Positions 60,163 through 64,000 of a DNA stretch of 64,000 bases are shown here, in pieces (the stretch's first letter is position 1; every line of letters starts with the position of its first letter). The position numbers were made by a program, and so were the translations under genes. The notes under the pieces were generated by a model. That model saw only the letters and a program-made list of their open reading frames with translations. It ran no database searches and was not told the origin of the DNA. Source of the DNA: a virus; IMG/VR virus record IMGVR_UViG_3300042309_002578, positions 64,001-128,000 of that record; one strand, 5' to 3'.

Positions 60163-61641
60163 ATGTCTATCAGAGTTTTACCTTCGCGTCCAGGTGTATA
60201 TATATCCGAACAAAGTGCTGGGACCCCGCCAATTAGTACGGCCTTATTTCAGCGCACATACCTTCTTGGAACTTCAACACAGGGGACTTTAGAGCCTTTT
60301 CAGTTAGGAAGTTACGATGATTTTATAAATTACTTTGGCAACAGTGAAACAGTTACCAAGAACACAATTAACACATATTTACAAAATACAAAGTTGGGGT
60401 TGTTTTTTGTAAAAGTTCCAGTTGCTTACACATCAGAAGTTACTCTTAGTGCCAAAACTACTGGCACAATATACAGCTTTAAGATTGGAGACATTACATT
60501 TACAAGAACCGCGACTGAAACCGACACAATTGATAAAATAATTGACTATTTTATTGATGCCATAAACAATAGTTATGCCATCAATAATGAAGTAATGGGG
60601 CATCATTTAAAAGATTCGCTTGGTGCTAACGATTATTCAGATAGTTCATTCATTGTCAGATCAATAAATGAACAAATATTTACAATTACCGATCTGTCTG
60701 AGTATACGTCTCCATCTCTTCCCTCAACCACGAATATAAATTATTGGGATTATGTTGGGGCGACACAAAGAATTGCAAACTCGTATAAAAACGAAAGACA
60801 AGGCTTTCTGGTCTGCCCAGAAGCATTTTATAACATAGAAAGTTTACCCCAAAGAAATATAGTCGCTAATTCTATGGAGGTTGCAGCCCGTAATTTGGGT
60901 TGGATGGCGTTTATTGATGCTGGCTCTCCAGATATTGTGACTAGACCAAGCCAATTAACCGCAGAATTTGAAAACGTTACGTCTCCCACTGGGAATACCG
61001 CAGCGTACTATCCTTGGTTGATAGACCTAAATGACAACCACGTCAGTTTAGCCGCTATGACCGCTGGATATGCCTTGCAAAGATTTGAGAAAGAGGGGAT
61101 ACAACACCCACCTGCCGGGAATTCATACCCGTTTGTAAATGTTTCTGGTGCGGCATTTAAGTTGTCAGACCCACAAAGAGATTTTATGGCAGATATTCGC
61201 GTTAATCCGTGTATATTTCGCAGAGGATTTGGTTACGTCCCCTATGATGTAAAAACACTTTCATTAAATACAGATTTTCGATTTATAAACCACCGCGTTA
61301 TTTTTTCTTGCATTGAAAGAACAATTTTTGACACCATAGAAAACAGTAATACGCTACTTAGGGCTAATGGTGGTGCTGGAGCGTTTTATTTAACGCTCCG
61401 AAACATAATAATAGACATCCTTGACACTTTTTATAATGCTGGTGCATTATATGGATTAACAGCAAGAGATGCCTATAATTGCCGATGTGATGCGGGTATT
61501 CAAACTTCTGAAGCACTTGAAAGAGGTGTTGTGACTGCGTTAATTTACATAGTTCCAGCAAGCACGGTGAGACAAATAGATGCTGTTGCTTACCGTGTGA
61601 AAATTGGTGGTATTGCCCAGGCTATTTTACAAACTCTATAA
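60163..61641 (+). CDS. tail sheath protein
   Basis: RPGVYISE, AAYYPWL, PPAG, VNP, RFINHR. Confidence 0.9.
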   Translation: MSIRVLPSRPGVYISEQSAGTPPISTALFQRTYLLGTSTQGTLEPFQLGSYDDFINYFGNSETVTKNTINTYLQNTKLGLFFVKVPVAYTSEVTLSAKTTGTIYSFKIGDITFTRTATETDTIDKIIDYFIDAINNSYAINNEVMGHHLKDSLGANDYSDSSFIVRSINEQIFTITDLSEYTSPSLPSTTNINYWDYVGATQRIANSYKNERQGFLVCPEAFYNIESLPQRNIVANSMEVAARNLGWMAFIDAGSPDIVTRPSQLTAEFENVTSPTGNTAAYYPWLIDLNDNHVSLAAMTAGYALQRFEKEGIQHPPAGNSYPFVNVSGAAFKLSDPQRDFMADIRVNPCIFRRGFGYVPYDVKTLSLNTDFRFINHRVIFSCIERTIFDTIENSNTLLRANGGAGAFYLTLRNIIIDILDTFYNAGALYGLTARDAYNCRCDAGIQTSEALERGVVTALIYIVPASTVRQIDAVAYRVKIGGIAQAILQTL

Positions 61642-61655
61642 TTTCGGTAATTTTT

Positions 61656-62072
61656 ATGTCAATTCAAAATGAGTCAGATTTTATTGTTCAAATAGGGGGA
61701 CCATTCCTCCAGTTAGCAGTCACAGAAAAGAGCGGGGGGGAGGTGTCGAGGGAAACAGCAAAATATCCAGACGCACTAAAGGACAAAAGCTATTTCACCA
61801 CCGGAAGGCGAATGATTAGTGACTTGGTTTTGCGTTTACCATACGATGCCGCTGATCATGAAATTTTGATTGAGGAAATTGAAAGCAGCTGTCAAGATCC
61901 ATTTTCGATTGTTGTTCAAGCGGTAAAAAACTGCCCAGACGTAGAAAATTATGGTCCACCAGTTGTTTACAAAGGCTGCATTCTTTCTAAAATTAAGCGC
62001 CCAGATGTTAAGCGTGGTAGTGGTAGCGGAGTGGCAATGCTTGAACTTGAGTTTGCTGTTGGAGATTTATAA
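61656..62072 (+). CDS. tail tube protein
   Basis: 138 aa after sheath; VYKGC..P.V.R.S..VAMLELEF. Confidence 0.75.
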   Translation: MSIQNESDFIVQIGGPFLQLAVTEKSGGEVSRETAKYPDALKDKSYFTTGRRMISDLVLRLPYDAADHEILIEEIESSCQDPFSIVVQAVKNCPDVENYGPPVVYKGCILSKIKRPDVKRGSGSGVAMLELEFAVGDL

Positions 62073-62082
62073 GTAAATCAAT

Positions 62083-62155
62083 GCGGTTAAAACCGCGCGT
62101 GTCGTTTCCCTCTCGGCACTAAAGTGACTGAGTTTCATACTTACCAGGAGTTCTT
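62083..62155 (-). mobile_element. isolated IS605-family end remnant
   Basis: GCGGTTAAAACCGC..CCCTCTCGGCACTAAAGTGACTGAGTTTC..CTTACC, homologous to 6239-6301. Confidence 0.7.
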
Positions 62156-63757
62156 GTGATATTTTCAAGTAAGCATCTTGAAGAAAAATTTAAAAACTTA
62201 GACACAGATGGTTTGACACCATTTGTGTCTGCTTTGGTTTTTGATATAGTAGATGAAAATTATGGGGGCGTAATTGAGAATTTAAATATAACCCATATAG
62301 AATTGCCAAATATTTCTGGATATTTTCACTCTCCAAGAGTAGGGAACAGGCGATTAAAAATAGATTTTTTAATCAATGGGAGCAACATAGTATTAACGCC
62401 ACAAAACCTAGAAATAATTGACGACGATATAGAGAAAATATATCTTGCTGTAAGATCACTATCTTTTGGCAACATAAACAAAACTAATTATCTTCCAATA
62501 GAATTCTTCAGTTTTGCTCAAAAGCAAATGAATTGCACAGTCGGGTGGTCTTGTAAGGGGCAAAATGGTTATGCTTGTCTGTCTAAATCAAAGAAAAATT
62601 GTAACAATGAGTTGAATCCAACTCACTCACAATATATGCAGTGGTTAGCAAAAAATGCTAGTGCCGAATCTGATTTATTTAAAGACTTAGAAAAAGCCGT
62701 AACTAAACCCGCAACTAAACCCGCAACTAAACCTGCAATTAAACCCACAACTAAACCTGCAACTAAACCTGCAACTAACCCCGCAACTAACCCCGCAACT
62801 AAACCTGCAACTAAATCTAAAGCAACAGTAAATTTACTTAGGAAAACAGGTAGAGGTGAGAAGTTGTTACAACCAGAAAATGACGAAGATAAAAAATTGT
62901 TTAAGGATAATATAGACAAAGCAAGAAAAGAATTAAATTCTGAATTATCAGAAAATAAAGAAAAGTTAAAAAATAATCCAAACAGCAAATATGCAACCAG
63001 GAAAATAAAAGAAATATCGGACAAACAAGATAGACTTGATGCCTACGAAAAGTCTGATAAAAACATCTCATTGCCGTCTGATTACAGATTGTATAAAGTA
63101 TCAGACATGGAATCAAAGGAGTATGAAGGTAGGCTTCTGTCTCAGCCAAACAGCAGGAGAGTGGTTGCGCTAAGTAGTGTTTCTGATGACTTACAGAAAC
63201 AATACCCCAACATGACAAAAGCTGAATTAGCCTCTTTAAAAGTTTACACGCAAACAAGCTTTGATCACATGAACACGTATTTGCGAAATAACGAAGATTC
63301 TGAGGCTATTTATAAAATAGACATTATGAAATCTGCTGGAGAATATAGATCTAAGCATCAGCTAGAAAATGACACGATTGCCGACATCAGGATGACGACA
63401 TCCGCACTCAATAAATTGCCTGATTTTATTGGCACAGTTCTTCGAGGGACTAAAATGCCAAAAAATATGAGTAACTCAGATATAGAAAATACGTACAAAC
63501 CCGGTAGTATAATTACAGAAAAAAGTTTCACAAGTACATCTAGTTCCGGCGATCGCAAGTTTAGAGGAGAATTGCAGTATGTAATTGAATCTAAAACAGG
63601 GAAAGATATATCAAATATTTCAGATAGTAGGCAAGAAAAAGAGGTTTTATTCAGACCAGGCACCAGTTTTAATGTGACTAGCTTTAAAAAATCTGATAGC
63701 GGGTATGAAATACACTTAAAAGAGGTTGACCCTGTAACTAAACCTGCAACCACCTGA
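62156..63757 (+). CDS. VIP2/ADPrib_exo_Tox-type ADP-ribosyltransferase with Cys motif and TKPA linker
   Basis: YT..MN.YLR, SALNKLP, VLRG (R), FTSTS, QEKEVLF (ExE). Confidence 0.88.
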   Translation: MIFSSKHLEEKFKNLDTDGLTPFVSALVFDIVDENYGGVIENLNITHIELPNISGYFHSPRVGNRRLKIDFLINGSNIVLTPQNLEIIDDDIEKIYLAVRSLSFGNINKTNYLPIEFFSFAQKQMNCTVGWSCKGQNGYACLSKSKKNCNNELNPTHSQYMQWLAKNASAESDLFKDLEKAVTKPATKPATKPAIKPTTKPATKPATNPATNPATKPATKSKATVNLLRKTGRGEKLLQPENDEDKKLFKDNIDKARKELNSELSENKEKLKNNPNSKYATRKIKEISDKQDRLDAYEKSDKNISLPSDYRLYKVSDMESKEYEGRLLSQPNSRRVVALSSVSDDLQKQYPNMTKAELASLKVYTQTSFDHMNTYLRNNEDSEAIYKIDIMKSAGEYRSKHQLENDTIADIRMTTSALNKLPDFIGTVLRGTKMPKNMSNSDIENTYKPGSIITEKSFTSTSSSGDRKFRGELQYVIESKTGKDISNISDSRQEKEVLFRPGTSFNVTSFKKSDSGYEIHLKEVDPVTKPATT

Positions 63758-63914
63758 GTTCGACGTAAGAAAATCCGCTAGAAAGCAAGTGGGAAGAGAG
63801 TTAGAGAGTTAGAGACTTTTAGCCAAAGAAATTTTATTCTCAATAATTACTAATTATTGAGAAAAGTCTTACTATTACTCACTTTGAGCTTTTTAATTTA
63901 GGTCGAACTCAGGT
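63752..63914. mobile_element. 163-bp MITE with 13-14 bp perfect terminal inverted repeats
   Basis: ACCTGAGTTCGAC (63752-63764) / GTCGAACTCAGGT (63902-63914). Confidence 0.8.
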
Positions 63915-64000
63915 GAATCCGCAGAAAATTTACTTAAAAAAACAGGGAAAACTCAATGAAAAACCAGAATAAATCAATAGAAATTAATTCTTTTTTGCAA

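Noticed and set aside
1-64000. tRNA/rRNA genes, integrase, terminase, tape measure
   Set aside because: None recognised in this window; they may lie elsewhere in the genome

Overview
AT-rich segment of a large contractile-tailed (myovirus-type) cyanophage or phage-plasmid. The host is probably a filamentous Nostocales-type cyanobacterium, given at least 26 HIP1 GCGATCGC sites, a Nostoc-like tmk remnant and cyanobacterial IS200/IS605 scars. It carries Mu-like head/neck genes (portal, protease-scaffold, decoration, capsid, gp36/gp37-like), sheath, tube, baseplate, tail fibre and a baseplate hub fused to three peptidoglycan hydrolases. It also carries an intein-free DnaE, DnaX, two DNA methyltransferases, a RuvC-like resolvase, a ClpP-like protease, a VIP2-type ADP-ribosyltransferase and many small accessory ORFs behind ~15 copies of one promoter motif. 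The most unusual signals are non-coding: (i) a promoter-driven, heavily base-paired ~490-nt region at 28.7-29.2 kb that looks like an unannotated large structured RNA; (ii) a five-copy dispersed element made of a conserved ~280-bp promoter-containing head followed by variable numbers of 158-bp G/C-skewed units; (iii) transposase-less IS605 mini-elements retaining omegaRNA-like scaffolds; (iv) two divergent virion genes whose start codons overlap in one CATG. All protein calls come from motif recognition by eye; no database searches were run.
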